Below, in pieces: positions 54,503 to 62,847 of a stretch of DNA of 62,847 nucleotides. The stretch lies in contig JBDTZQ010000001.1 of assembly GCA_040005035.1 (NCBI GenBank), forward strand, positions 1 to 62,847. Direction: 5' to 3'. The notes under the pieces were generated by a model. It had not been told where the DNA came from. It was given only the letters and a program-made list of their open reading frames with translations, and ran no database searches. How positions within the stretch are numbered: position 1 is the stretch's first letter; each line of letters starts with the position of its first letter. The translations under genes and the position numbers were made by a program. The DNA is from Betaproteobacteria bacterium. GTDB lineage: Bacteria > Pseudomonadota > Gammaproteobacteria > Burkholderiales > Casimicrobiaceae.

Positions 54503-54736
54503 ATGTCGCAACCCACGCGCTACCGCATCGAGGTCGAAGAGGGCAACGGGCTGTGGCATGACGTGCGCGGGCCCGACGGACAGCTGCTGACCTTCGACGA
54601 CGAGGCGTCGGCCCGCGCCAGGCTCGCCGAGCTCTACCCGGTGATCGTCCAGATGGAAAAGTACGGCGGCGGCAAGCGCACGCGCGTGCTGCGCATCCTG
54701 GTCGACGAGGACGACTGGCCGAAAAAGCCGGCGTAG
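54503..54736 (+). CDS. hypothetical 77-aa protein
   Basis: The ORF starts 4 nt after the htpX stop. No family was recognised. Confidence 0.45.
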   Translation: MSQPTRYRIEVEEGNGLWHDVRGPDGQLLTFDDEASARARLAELYPVIVQMEKYGGGKRTRVLRILVDEDDWPKKPA

Positions 54737-54758
54737 CCCTTGCCATCTCCCGCTCAGG

Positions 54759-55340
54759 TTACATGGGAGGTACGAGCCCGTTCTTGCCGACGTTGACGCC
54801 GGAGGCGGTGAACGTGCCATCCGGCTGCTTCGCGGCGCCGAACATGACGTGGGCCCCTGGCACCAGCATCGCGCGGTCGCCCGGCTCGAAGGTCACCACC
54901 GGTGTGCCCGGCGGTACCATGATCACTTTCTCGCCGTCCTTGTACTTGAGCGTCAGGCGCTGCGACTGATCGACGCGCGCCACTTCCGCGACGGTGGCGT
55001 TGGTCATCATGCTTCCGGGTTGCAGGTCCCAGGGATAGTGACCTTCTCCGCTGCCGCGACGTGCTTCGGGAAACAGCAGCACCTCGAGCGACCTGTGCGA
55101 GCCGTCCTGCTGCGGCAGCGACGCGGTTCCCACGTACGCACCGGGAACGATACGATCCATCCCAATCGCAACGACCGCAGTCACCGTGTAATTGTCGGCG
55201 AGCTTCACATCGACCATTTCGCCGGTTCGCGAGCGCACCTTGAGCGCCTGGCCGTCGATCGCGACCACATCACCACGGATGCGCTGGGTCGGTGCCGCAG
55301 GTGTTTGCGCGATGACGGCCATCGCCATGCAATTCAACAA
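54759..55340 (-). CDS. secreted beta-rich hypothetical protein (DUF5666-like); N-terminus or start codon problematic
   Basis: The mature part is RIRGDVVAIDGQALKVRSRTGEMVDVKLADNYTV... The hydrophobic signal-like stretch continues upstream of the TTG start, but the only SD plus ATG (55369) is out of frame. Confidence 0.55.
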   Translation of the reverse strand: MLNCMAMAVIAQTPAAPTQRIRGDVVAIDGQALKVRSRTGEMVDVKLADNYTVTAVVAIGMDRIVPGAYVGTASLPQQDGSHRSLEVLLFPEARRGSGEGHYPWDLQPGSMMTNATVAEVARVDQSQRLTLKYKDGEKVIMVPPGTPVVTFEPGDRAMLVPGAHVMFGAAKQPDGTFTASGVNVGKNGLVPPM

Positions 55341-55528
55341 AAGACAGAAGAGCAGCCTGGTCTTCGCATCGTGGATTCTCCTTGCGGGGCTAGGCGGCGA
55401 TTATAGGGGCACGCGAACAGGGGTGCTACGCGCGCGGGTTGCCCGCAAAACGAACGGCCGGTCAACGCATGGCGAGGACCGGCCGCAATCGAGCCGGCGC
55501 GCGTGGTCGCGCCGGGCAAAAAATGCGT

Positions 55529-55939
55529 TTACTTGAGGTGGTTCGAGACCAGCTTGGTCATCTCGAACATCGACACCTGCTTCTTGCCGCCGAAAACCTG
55601 CTTGAGCTTTTCGTCGGCGTTGATCAGGCGCCTGTTGATCGAGTCCTGCAGCTTATTTTTCTTGATGTAGTCCCAGATTTTCTTGGTCACCTCGGTGCGC
55701 GGAATCGGCATGCTGCCGACCACCGCAGCGAGTACGCCCGAAGGTGTCATCGCTTTCATGAACGCGGCATTGGGCTTGCGCTTGGCGCCGGTTTTTTTCG
55801 GTGCTGCCTTTTTCTTCGGTGCTGCCTTCTTGGGGGCAGCCTTCTTTGCGGGCTTTTTCGCCGCGGGTTTCTTCGCCGCCGACTTTTTCGCCGCCGGCTT
55901 CTTCGCGGGCTTCTTTGCAGCTTTCTTGGCAGTAGCCAT
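55529..55939 (-). CDS. SWIB/MDM2-domain protein with histone H1-like Lys/Ala/Pro-rich N-terminal tail
   Basis: The tail MATAKKAAKKPAKKPAAKKSAAKKPAAKKPAKKAAPKKAAPKKK precedes the SWIB-like core SGVLAAVVGSMPIPRTEVTKKIWDYIKKNKLQD. GGAAGGAG lies before the ATG. Confidence 0.8.
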   Translation of the reverse strand: MATAKKAAKKPAKKPAAKKSAAKKPAAKKPAKKAAPKKAAPKKKAAPKKTGAKRKPNAAFMKAMTPSGVLAAVVGSMPIPRTEVTKKIWDYIKKNKLQDSINRRLINADEKLKQVFGGKKQVSMFEMTKLVSNHLK

Positions 55940-56236
55940 AGCTCTCCTTCCTGGGGTTGATCGCTTGATACGGCGATGAATATGAAGCCAGACCGATCTC
56001 CTGTCATCGGCCCTGTCGCTCCATCGGGGCAAATATACCGCAATCTTCCGGGCGTGGTGTGCAAATCTGCGTGCTTTTCCGAGTGGCGCGAGCACGGGTG
56101 TTGCATCGGCGAGAATCGGCGTTTGTCGATGTTGCGTTCCGCCGCGCCGAAGGATCGCGCGTCCCGACCGCGGTGACCGCCGTGACGCGCGCTCGCCGGA
56201 TGCCATGCGCGCGCGACCAGGGGCCTGGTTGGTGCA

Positions 56237-56929
56237 GTGGGGCATGCGAACCGCCATAATGGCGCTGCGTCCTCCTTGTCCCTTGCCTTGAACATCGCCG
56301 ATCTCCGCCGGGACTACCATCGCGCTGCGCTCGACGAGCGCGATGTCGACCGCGATCCAGTGCGGCAATTCGAGCGCTGGCTCGGGGAAGCGATCCGCGC
56401 GGAGATTCCCGAGCCCACGGCGATGACGCTGGCGACCGCCGACGCGGCGGGACGACCGTCTGCACGCATCGTGCTGCTCAAGAGCGTGAGCTCCGGCGGC
56501 TTGGCTTTCTACACCAATTACCAGAGCCGCAAGGGCGTCGAGCTCGCCGATCGCCCCGAGGCGGCGCTGCTTTTCCACTGGGTTGAGCTGGAGCGTCAGG
56601 TGCGCGTGGAGGGACGAGTCGGCAAGGTTGTCGAAGGCGAGTCCGATGCCTACTTCGCGTCGCGCCCGTGGAAATCTCGACTCGGCGCGTGGGCGTCCCC
56701 GCAAAGCCGCGTCATCGCCGACCGGGCCGCGCTCGAGCGGGAGCTCGCCGCTGCCGAGGAACGGTTCGGCGCGCGCGACGGCGACATGCCACGTCCGCCG
56801 CACTGGGGAGGCTACCGGCTGGTGCCGGACAGGATCGAGTTCTGGCAGGGGCGCGAGTCGCGGCTGCACGATCGAATCCAGTACCGGGCCGACGCGGGCC
56901 AGTGGCGCATCGAGCGGCTGGCCCCGTGA
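56237..56929 (+). CDS. pdxH: pyridoxamine 5'-phosphate oxidase
   Basis: The sequence contains LRRDY...[11 protein letters not shown]......[21 protein letters not shown], then FYTNY.SRKG and [17 protein letters not shown]. The GTG start is uncertain. Confidence 0.9.
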   Translation: MGHANRHNGAASSLSLALNIADLRRDYHRAALDERDVDRDPVRQFERWLGEAIRAEIPEPTAMTLATADAAGRPSARIVLLKSVSSGGLAFYTNYQSRKGVELADRPEAALLFHWVELERQVRVEGRVGKVVEGESDAYFASRPWKSRLGAWASPQSRVIADRAALERELAAAEERFGARDGDMPRPPHWGGYRLVPDRIEFWQGRESRLHDRIQYRADAGQWRIERLAP

Positions 56930-58092
56930 CGCGGGAAGGCGAGCACCACCGAAAATCGTTCCACGCGCTGATCGGGCTGGGCATCTGCAATCATGTGGTG
57001 CTGTCCGGCGGCCGCGTCACGGTCGCGCTTTTCGCTCTGTCGGAAGGCGCCTCGCCGCTGGTCGTCGGCTCCCTCATGGGACTCTACGCGTTCCTGCCGA
57101 TGCTGCTGGCGGTCGCTGCCGGGCGGCATTCGGACCGCGTCGGCGTGCGCACGCCGATGCTGGTCGGCTCATGTGGGATCATGCTCGGCGCGGCGCTGCC
57201 CTGCGTGGTGCCTGGCATCGCGCCGCTGTACGTGGCGACGTCGCTGATCGGCGTGTCGTTCATGGTGTTCCAGGTGTCGATGCAGAACGCCACGGGCTGG
57301 TACGGCAGCGCGACCGACCGCGCGAGCAACTTCAGCCTCGTCGCCCTCGGCTACTCCATTTCGCTGTTCGGCGGGCCGCTGATCGCGGGACTGCTCATCG
57401 ACCATGCCAGCTTCACGGTGACTTTCGCCGTACTGGCGCTGTTTCCGCTGGTTCCGATCTTTTTCCTGGCGCGGAAGTCGATCGCGCTCCCGGGAGGGCA
57501 TCGCGCCGCCGCGGAGGCGCCGAAGGGCGGGCTGCTCGACCTGCTCGGCAGCCCCCCGCTGCGGCGCGTCTACGTCATCAACGCGCTGCTGTCGATGGCG
57601 TGGGACCTGCATTCGTTCTTCATCCCGATCTACGGCGCCAGCATCGGCCTTTCGGCGTCGCGCATCGGCGTGATCCTGGCGTCGTTCGCCGCAGCGACGT
57701 TCATCGTGCGGCTCTTGATGCCGCGCATCGTCCGCCACTTCTCCGAGCTCGAGGTTCTGATGGTCGCCTTGTTCGTCGCCGGGTCGGTGTTCGCGCTGTT
57801 TCCGTTCGTCGAGAAGCTGGCCGCGCTGATGGCGCTGTCGTTCACGCTGGGACTGGCGCTGGGCAGCGGCCAGCCGATGGTCATGTCGCTGCTCTACAGC
57901 CTGGCGCCCGCAGGACGGATGGGCGAGGCGGCCGGGGTGCGCATGACCATCATCAATGCCTCGACCTTCGCGATGCCGCTGCTGTTCGGAGCGGTCGGCT
58001 CGACGCTGGGGCTGTCCCCGGTGTTCTGGACGGTGGGCGCGGCGCTGGGCGGTGCCGGCATGCTCGCGCGGCGCGCCGCCGCGGGACGTTGA
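56926..58092 (+). CDS. MFS transporter
   Basis: The GTG start overlaps the pdxH stop (GTGA). The product has 12 TM helices. The MFS motif is [14 protein letters not shown]. Confidence 0.8.
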   Translation: MTREGEHHRKSFHALIGLGICNHVVLSGGRVTVALFALSEGASPLVVGSLMGLYAFLPMLLAVAAGRHSDRVGVRTPMLVGSCGIMLGAALPCVVPGIAPLYVATSLIGVSFMVFQVSMQNATGWYGSATDRASNFSLVALGYSISLFGGPLIAGLLIDHASFTVTFAVLALFPLVPIFFLARKSIALPGGHRAAAEAPKGGLLDLLGSPPLRRVYVINALLSMAWDLHSFFIPIYGASIGLSASRIGVILASFAAATFIVRLLMPRIVRHFSELEVLMVALFVAGSVFALFPFVEKLAALMALSFTLGLALGSGQPMVMSLLYSLAPAGRMGEAAGVRMTIINASTFAMPLLFGAVGSTLGLSPVFWTVGAALGGAGMLARRAAAGR

Positions 58093-58096
58093 TCGA

Positions 58097-58633
58097 TCAG
58101 CGCTTGAGGCGGTCGAGGAACTGCTTGCGGAATTTCGCGACCTTGGGCGCGACCACCGCCTGGCAATACGGCTGGCGCCCGTTGCGCTCGAAATATTCCT
58201 GGTGATAGCCCTCGGCAGGATAAAACGGTGGCGCGTCGGCGATCTCGGTGACGATCGGCGCATGCCATATGCCGTCGCGTCCGAGCTCCGCGACGATGCG
58301 CTCGGCTTCGGCGCGCTGCTCGGGCGTCTGCGCATAGATCACCGAGCGGTACTGCGTCCCGACGTCATTGCCCTGCCGATCGCGGGTGGTCGGATCGTGG
58401 ATCGAGAAGAACACCCGGAGCAGGTCGGCGTACGACAGCAGGGCGGGGTCGAACTCGACGCGCACCACCTCGGCGTGGCCGGTGTCTCCCCCGCACACCG
58501 CGTCGTAGGTCGGGTTGGGCGCGCGTCCGCCGGCATAGCCGGATTCCGCCGAAACAACGCCCTTGAGCTGGTCGAATACCGCTTCAAGGCACCAGAAGCA
58601 TCCTCCCCCGAGTACCGCCGTCTGCGTGGTCAT
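58097..58633 (-). CDS. msrA: peptide-methionine (S)-S-oxide reductase
   Basis: The sequence contains AVLGGGCFWCLEAVF, GYAGG and HDPTT..RQG.D.G.QYRS. Confidence 0.93.
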   Translation of the reverse strand: MTTQTAVLGGGCFWCLEAVFDQLKGVVSAESGYAGGRAPNPTYDAVCGGDTGHAEVVRVEFDPALLSYADLLRVFFSIHDPTTRDRQGNDVGTQYRSVIYAQTPEQRAEAERIVAELGRDGIWHAPIVTEIADAPPFYPAEGYHQEYFERNGRQPYCQAVVAPKVAKFRKQFLDRLKR

Positions 58634-58839
58634 GCGTCAACTCCTGGCTTGTTGATCATTGCCGTCGAGCATAGCGCGGTTTGCGCGCGCCAGCGCGCCC
58701 GGCGCCTGGGTGCCATTCGCTTTGCTGAGTCTGTGTCGCGCCGGGCGCGCCGGTACTTACACGCGCGGCGCCGCACCGCGGCTGCACGGACCCGCCAGGA
58801 CGATGCCATAATCGCGCGCTCACGTTTTCGGCGCGCCCG

Positions 58840-59664
58840 ATGAAACGATCGTATTCGCTGTTCTTCGACTTCGTGCGCCGCGTGGTGCGGCGGCTGCTCG
58901 CGGTGCAGGTCGATCGCATGGCCGGCAATCTGACGTTCACGACGATTCTCGGCCTCGTGCCGCTGTTCACCGTCGCCTTCTCCTATATCGCGCGGTTGCC
59001 GGGCTTCGATACCTGGATTGATGCGCTCGAGCCCCTGCTGCTGCGTTTCCTGCTCCCGGGGAGCAGCTCCACGGTGCGGCATTATCTATCCGAGTTCACC
59101 ACGCGCACGGGAGACCTGCAGGGCATCGGCATCGCCTTCGTCGTCTACACCGCGCTCTCGCTGGTCGCCGAGATGGAGCGCGAGATCAACGCGATGTGGG
59201 GCATTTTCACCGCGCGCTCGCTGGTGCGCCGGACGATCGTTTACACGATCGGCTTCGTCACGGTGCCGGCGCTGATCGGCGCTGCCGTCTTCGCCACCAA
59301 GTGGGGCGTCGAGCACTCGCTGCGCATCGTGCCGGTGGCGTCGGAGGCGCTGACCTGGTTGATGCACCCGCTGACGCTGGGTATCGGCGTGCTCGTGCTC
59401 ACGCTCATCTATGCCCTCGTCCCCGTCAAGCGCCCGGTTCAATGGCGGCCCGCGTTGGTCGCGGGGATGCTCGCCGCCGTCGCCTTCGACCTCGCAAAGT
59501 CGGGTTTCGCGTTCTACATCAAGCTTGCCCCGACGTATGAGATCGTCTATGGCGCGCTCGCCGCGCTGCCGCTGTTCCTGATCTGGGTCTACCTTTCGTG
59601 GATGATCCTGCTCGTCGGCGCAGCGATCGCTGCTACGCTCGCCGAGCCGGTCGTTTCGACCTGA
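58840..59664 (+). CDS. YihY/BrkB-family membrane protein
   Basis: The N-terminus contains DRMAGNLTFTTILGLVPLFTVAF. Six TM helices and the length are typical of the family. Confidence 0.8.
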   Translation: MKRSYSLFFDFVRRVVRRLLAVQVDRMAGNLTFTTILGLVPLFTVAFSYIARLPGFDTWIDALEPLLLRFLLPGSSSTVRHYLSEFTTRTGDLQGIGIAFVVYTALSLVAEMEREINAMWGIFTARSLVRRTIVYTIGFVTVPALIGAAVFATKWGVEHSLRIVPVASEALTWLMHPLTLGIGVLVLTLIYALVPVKRPVQWRPALVAGMLAAVAFDLAKSGFAFYIKLAPTYEIVYGALAALPLFLIWVYLSWMILLVGAAIAATLAEPVVST

Positions 59665-59786
59665 AACCACTGCACGCTCGCGCGGGGCCGCGTCGCGCGG
59701 TCGCGCGTAGTCCGCGTCGTGTCGCCTTGCCGAATCGGGACGTCCAAGCTAGAGTGCACGCTTTCTCGTGTCGGGAGCGGTAATCC

Positions 59787-60392
59787 GTGTGGTCGATCAT
59801 TCAAGCGGCGGGCTGGCCCATATGGCCGCTGATTCTCGCGTCGGTGATCGCGCTGGCGCTGATTTTCGAGCGCATGTGGTCGCTGCGGCAGTCGGTGGTT
59901 GCGCCGCCGGGCATGGTCGATCGCGTGCTTGCCGAATACAAGCGCGAGGGCCTTACGGCGGAGCTTGTCAGCAAGACCGCGGCGCACGGCCCCCTCGGCC
60001 GCGTGCTCGCCGCGGGGCTGGCCAACGTCAAGAGTCCGCGACCGGTGATGAAGGAAGCCATCGAGGAGGTAGGACGCGTCGTCAACCATGATCTCGAGCG
60101 CTTTCTCACCACGCTGGGTACGATCGCCGCGATGTCGCCGCTGCTCGGCTTGTTCGGAACGGTGGTCGGCATGATCGAGATCTTCGGCTCGCAAAGCAAC
60201 GCCGGGTCCAATCCCGTCCAGCTGGCGCACGGCATCTCGGTGGCGCTCTACAACACGGCGCTCGGATTGATCGTGGCGATTCCGAGCATGATCTTCTATC
60301 GTTACTTCCGGGCGCGCGTCGATGACCTGATCCTGGAAATGGAACAGCAGGCCGTCAAGCTCGTCGAGCTCGCGCACGGCGAACGGCGCTAG
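59787..60392 (+). CDS. exbB: MotA/TolQ/ExbB-family proton channel
   Basis: The sequence contains GWPIWPLILASVIALALIFER and LGTIAAMSPLLGLFGTVVGMI. It is followed by an ExbD/TolR-family gene. Confidence 0.85.
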   Translation: MWSIIQAAGWPIWPLILASVIALALIFERMWSLRQSVVAPPGMVDRVLAEYKREGLTAELVSKTAAHGPLGRVLAAGLANVKSPRPVMKEAIEEVGRVVNHDLERFLTTLGTIAAMSPLLGLFGTVVGMIEIFGSQSNAGSNPVQLAHGISVALYNTALGLIVAIPSMIFYRYFRARVDDLILEMEQQAVKLVELAHGERR

Positions 60393-60448
60393 CGTATGCG
60401 GCAGGGCAATCCACCGCGCGGGCGGGCCCGCCAGCCAGGATCACCGGC

Positions 60449-60868
60449 ATGAACCTGCGCGGCGCCCGCGCGCGCGACGAACCCGAGATCAACTTCATTC
60501 CGTTGATCGACGTGCTGCTGGTCATACTCATCTTTCTGATGGTGACGACGACTTACCAGCGAGTTGCCGAGCTGCAGATCACGCTGCCCGAAGCCGACGC
60601 CGATCAGATCAAGCAGCGGCCGAAGGAGATCAACGTCGGCATCGATGCGCAGGGCCAGTACGTCATCGACAAGAACGTCTTCCCGTTCACCACCGTGGCC
60701 GCCCTGGCTGAGGCGTTGACGCGCGCGTCGGGTGGCTCGAAGGACGCCGTCGTCATCGTCAACGCCGACGCCAACGCCACGCATCAGTCGGTGATCCACG
60801 TGATGGAAGCGGCAAGACAGTCGGGACTCATCCACATCACATTCGCGACGCAGACCACAAGAAAGTGA
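60449..60868 (+). CDS. exbD: ExbD/TolR-family biopolymer transport protein
   Basis: The N-terminus is EINFIPLIDVLLVILIFLMV. The C-terminal region is VIVNADANATHQSVIHVMEAARQSG. Confidence 0.85.
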   Translation: MNLRGARARDEPEINFIPLIDVLLVILIFLMVTTTYQRVAELQITLPEADADQIKQRPKEINVGIDAQGQYVIDKNVFPFTTVAALAEALTRASGGSKDAVVIVNADANATHQSVIHVMEAARQSGLIHITFATQTTRK

Positions 60869-60883
60869 CGCGCCGGGAGGCGC

Positions 60884-61010
60884 GTCATCCCGACGAGCAA
60901 AGCGCCGAGGGATCCACCGTGGTTGCGACAAGAAGCAGGTTCCTCGCTGCGCTCGGAATGACGGTGGCAGTGTCATCCCGAGGAGCACGGCAACGCGGGA
61001 TCTGCTTTCT
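60884..61010. repeat. three copies (forward, inverted, forward) of the about 40-nt GTCATYCCGAGGAGC...GGAWCCTGCTTCT REP/MITE-like repeat
   Basis: The forward copies are gtcatcccgacgagcaaagcgccgagggatcc at 60884-60915 and tgtcatcccgaggagcacggcaacgcgggatctgctttct at 60971-61010. The inverted copy is aagaagcaggttcctcgctgcgctcggaatgac at 60930-60962. They belong to the same family as 31543-31634. Confidence 0.7.
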
Positions 61011-61038
61011 CTTCGTGACGCAGGAAGGTGCGTAAATC

Positions 61039-62088
61039 GTGACCTTTGCCGACCGCCTCGTCGCCGATTGGTACGCGCCGCGCCTGACCCCGCTGACGGC
61101 AGCGCTGACCCCTCTGGCGCTGGTGTTCCGGGGGGCGGCGACGATTCGCCGCGGGCTCTTCGAGCACGGCATTCTTCGGCGTGATCGCGTGCGCGCCCCG
61201 GTCGTGGTCGTGGGCAATATCGCGGTCGGCGGCACCGGCAAGACGCCGCTGGTGATCGCGCTGGCGCGCGCGCTCGCGATGCGCGGCTGGCATCCGGGAT
61301 TGATCAGCCGCGGCCACGGCGGCGATGGCGCATCGGTGCGCGCCGTTTCTCCCGACGCCAACCCCGATGACGTCGGCGACGAGGCGCTGCTGTTGGCGCG
61401 CAGCGGGTTTCCGCTGTGGATCGGCGTAAATCGCCCCGCGGCCGCGCGGGCCTTGCTGGCGGTGCATGAGGACTGCGACGTGCTCATCTGCGACGACGGC
61501 TTGCAGCACTATGCGCTGGCGCGCGAGGTCGAGATTGCCGTGATCGACGCGAGCCGCGGCGTCGGCAACGGGCGCGCGCTGCCCGCGGGTCCGCTGCGCG
61601 AGCCCGAATCGAGGCTCGCCGAGGTCGACGCCGTTGTGATCCAGGGCCCGGCGGCTTCGGCACGAGGCGTGCACCAATTCGTCATGCGCCTCGTCGGAGA
61701 CCGCTTCGTCCGGCTCGGTGCGCCCGACGTCTTCGAGGGCCCGGCTGCGTTTCGCAGGCCGGGCGTGCACGCCGTCGCGGGTATCGGCAATCCGCAGCGC
61801 TTCTTCGACGATCTGCGCGCGATGGGCATCGAGGCCACGTGCCACGCGTTTCCCGACCACCACCGCTACAGCGCGCGCGACGTCGCTTTCGCCGGTGCCT
61901 CGGCGGTGCTGATGACCGAGAAGGATGCGGTAAAATGCGAGCGCTTCGCCGACCCACGCTTCTGGTCGCGGCCGGTCGAGGCGACAATCGAACCGGCGCT
62001 GGTCGCGCGTGTGGAGGAGAAGCTTCGTGGATCCCAAACTGCTCGAGCTGCTGGTGTGCCCGGTGACCAAGGGGCCGCTGGTGCATGA
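61039..62088 (+). CDS. lpxK: tetraacyldisaccharide 4'-kinase
   Basis: The P-loop is [22 protein letters not shown]. The sequence also contains SRGHGG and CDDGLQH. The GTG start follows GGAAGG. Confidence 0.88.
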   Translation: MTFADRLVADWYAPRLTPLTAALTPLALVFRGAATIRRGLFEHGILRRDRVRAPVVVVGNIAVGGTGKTPLVIALARALAMRGWHPGLISRGHGGDGASVRAVSPDANPDDVGDEALLLARSGFPLWIGVNRPAAARALLAVHEDCDVLICDDGLQHYALAREVEIAVIDASRGVGNGRALPAGPLREPESRLAEVDAVVIQGPAASARGVHQFVMRLVGDRFVRLGAPDVFEGPAAFRRPGVHAVAGIGNPQRFFDDLRAMGIEATCHAFPDHHRYSARDVAFAGASAVLMTEKDAVKCERFADPRFWSRPVEATIEPALVARVEEKLRGSQTARAAGVPGDQGAAGA

Positions 62089-62206
62089 CCGTGCCCGCCA
62101 GGAGCTGATCTCGAAGTCGGCGCGGCTCGCCTATCCCATTCGCGATGGCATTCCGGTGATGCTCGAGGAGGAAGCGCGTCGCCTCGAGCCGGCCGAGTAC
62201 GAGTGA
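62027..62206 (+). CDS. Trm112/YcaR-family small protein
   Basis: From the GTG start the product is [50 protein letters not shown]. It sits in the conserved position between lpxK and kdsB. Confidence 0.75.
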   Translation: MDPKLLELLVCPVTKGPLVHDRARQELISKSARLAYPIRDGIPVMLEEEARRLEPAEYE

Positions 62207-62283
62207 TGCGCCGGGTGGCGCTGGCGCGCCGCCATGGTTCATCGCGTAACCGCCGCCGGTGCATCGCCTGAGCCGAGCCGCGC

Positions 62284-62847
62284 GTGTTCACCGTACTCAT
62301 TCCCGCCCGCTACAGCTCGACCCGCCTTCCCGGCAAGCCCCTTTCGGACATCGCGGGCGCGCCGATGGTGGTGCGCGTCGCCGAGCGCGCGCGCGAATGC
62401 GGCGCGCACCGCGTGGTGGTCGCCACCGACGACGTGCGCATCGCCGAGGCGGTGCGCGCGCATGGCTTCCAGGCGGTGATGACGCGGGAAGATCATCCCA
62501 CCGGCACCGACCGGCTGGCCGAGGCGGCGAGCCTGCTCGGACTCGGCGACGATGCGATCGTGGTCAACGTGCAGGGCGACGAGCCGCTGCTCGAGCCCGC
62601 GCTGATGCGCGAAGTCGCCGACATGCTGTCCGCGCACGGCGACGCTTCAATCGCCACCGCCTGCCACCCGATCGAAGACGCGAGCGAGGCCTTCAATCCG
62701 AACGTGGTCAAGGTCGTTCTCGACCGCCAGGGCTACGCGCTGTACTTCAGCCGCGCCACGATTCCCTGGGCGCGCGATGCGTTCGCCGCCGGCGCGCGCG
62801 ATATTCCGCACGAGCTGCCGCTGTACCGGCACTATGGGCTCTACGCG
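62284..62847 (+). CDS. kdsB: 3-deoxy-manno-octulosonate cytidylyltransferase, N-terminal 188 codons (3' end outside window)
   Basis: The sequence is [25 protein letters not shown]...V.ERA...[10 protein letters not shown], then VNVQGDEP and [12 protein letters not shown]. Confidence 0.9.
   Translation, partial: MFTVLIPARYSSTRLPGKPLSDIAGAPMVVRVAERARECGAHRVVVATDDVRIAEAVRAHGFQAVMTREDHPTGTDRLAEAASLLGLGDDAIVVNVQGDEPLLEPALMREVADMLSAHGDASIATACHPIEDASEAFNPNVVKVVLDRQGYALYFSRATIPWARDAFAAGARDIPHELPLYRHYGLYA

Overview
The window is 62.8 kb of very GC-rich bacterial chromosome. The gene content and the exbB-exbD-lpxK-trm112-kdsB synteny look Burkholderiales-like or betaproteobacterial; that assignment is inference. 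It is densely coding, with about 60 protein genes on both strands. I found no rRNA, no intact tRNA, no CRISPR array, and no transposase or integrase.

Housekeeping genes I recognise:
- large NAD-glutamate dehydrogenase, speD, folA, thyA, ahpCD
- aroC, xseA, glnS, htpX, pdxH, msrA
- exbBD, lpxK, kdsB

Accessory or unusual content:
1. A visibly lower-GC segment at about 5.6-11.4 kb carries a tightly packed kaiC-kaiB-histidine kinase-NarL regulator operon with no kaiA. It also holds a stand-alone receiver and small ORFs. Its right edge has a GNAT gene fragment and a 24-nt tRNA 3'-end fragment.
2. A GlrK/QseG/GlrR-type sigma54 two-component module is followed by two TGTC-N10-GACA boxes, a sigma54 -24/-12 promoter, a 53-codon ORF or sRNA-sized unit, and two terminators.
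3. An MsbA-like ABC exporter is fused in frame to a two-HKD phospholipase-D domain.
4. A Liv-type ABC uptake operon (RpiR regulator, an extra degenerate ATPase, an SDR) is flanked by two arrays of 11-bp-phased AGTTGCCA repeats.
5. An arsR-arsI operon ends in a truncated arsC.
6. A membrane-anchored protein-kinase-like protein lacks the catalytic residues.
7. A family of about 40-nt REP/MITE-like repeats occurs at two loci.

All calls come from reading the six-frame translations and the DNA by eye. Start codons and motif coordinates were derived by hand. Family names are recognition from memory, not database hits. Most long ORFs antisense to or out of frame with the listed genes are high-GC artefacts.
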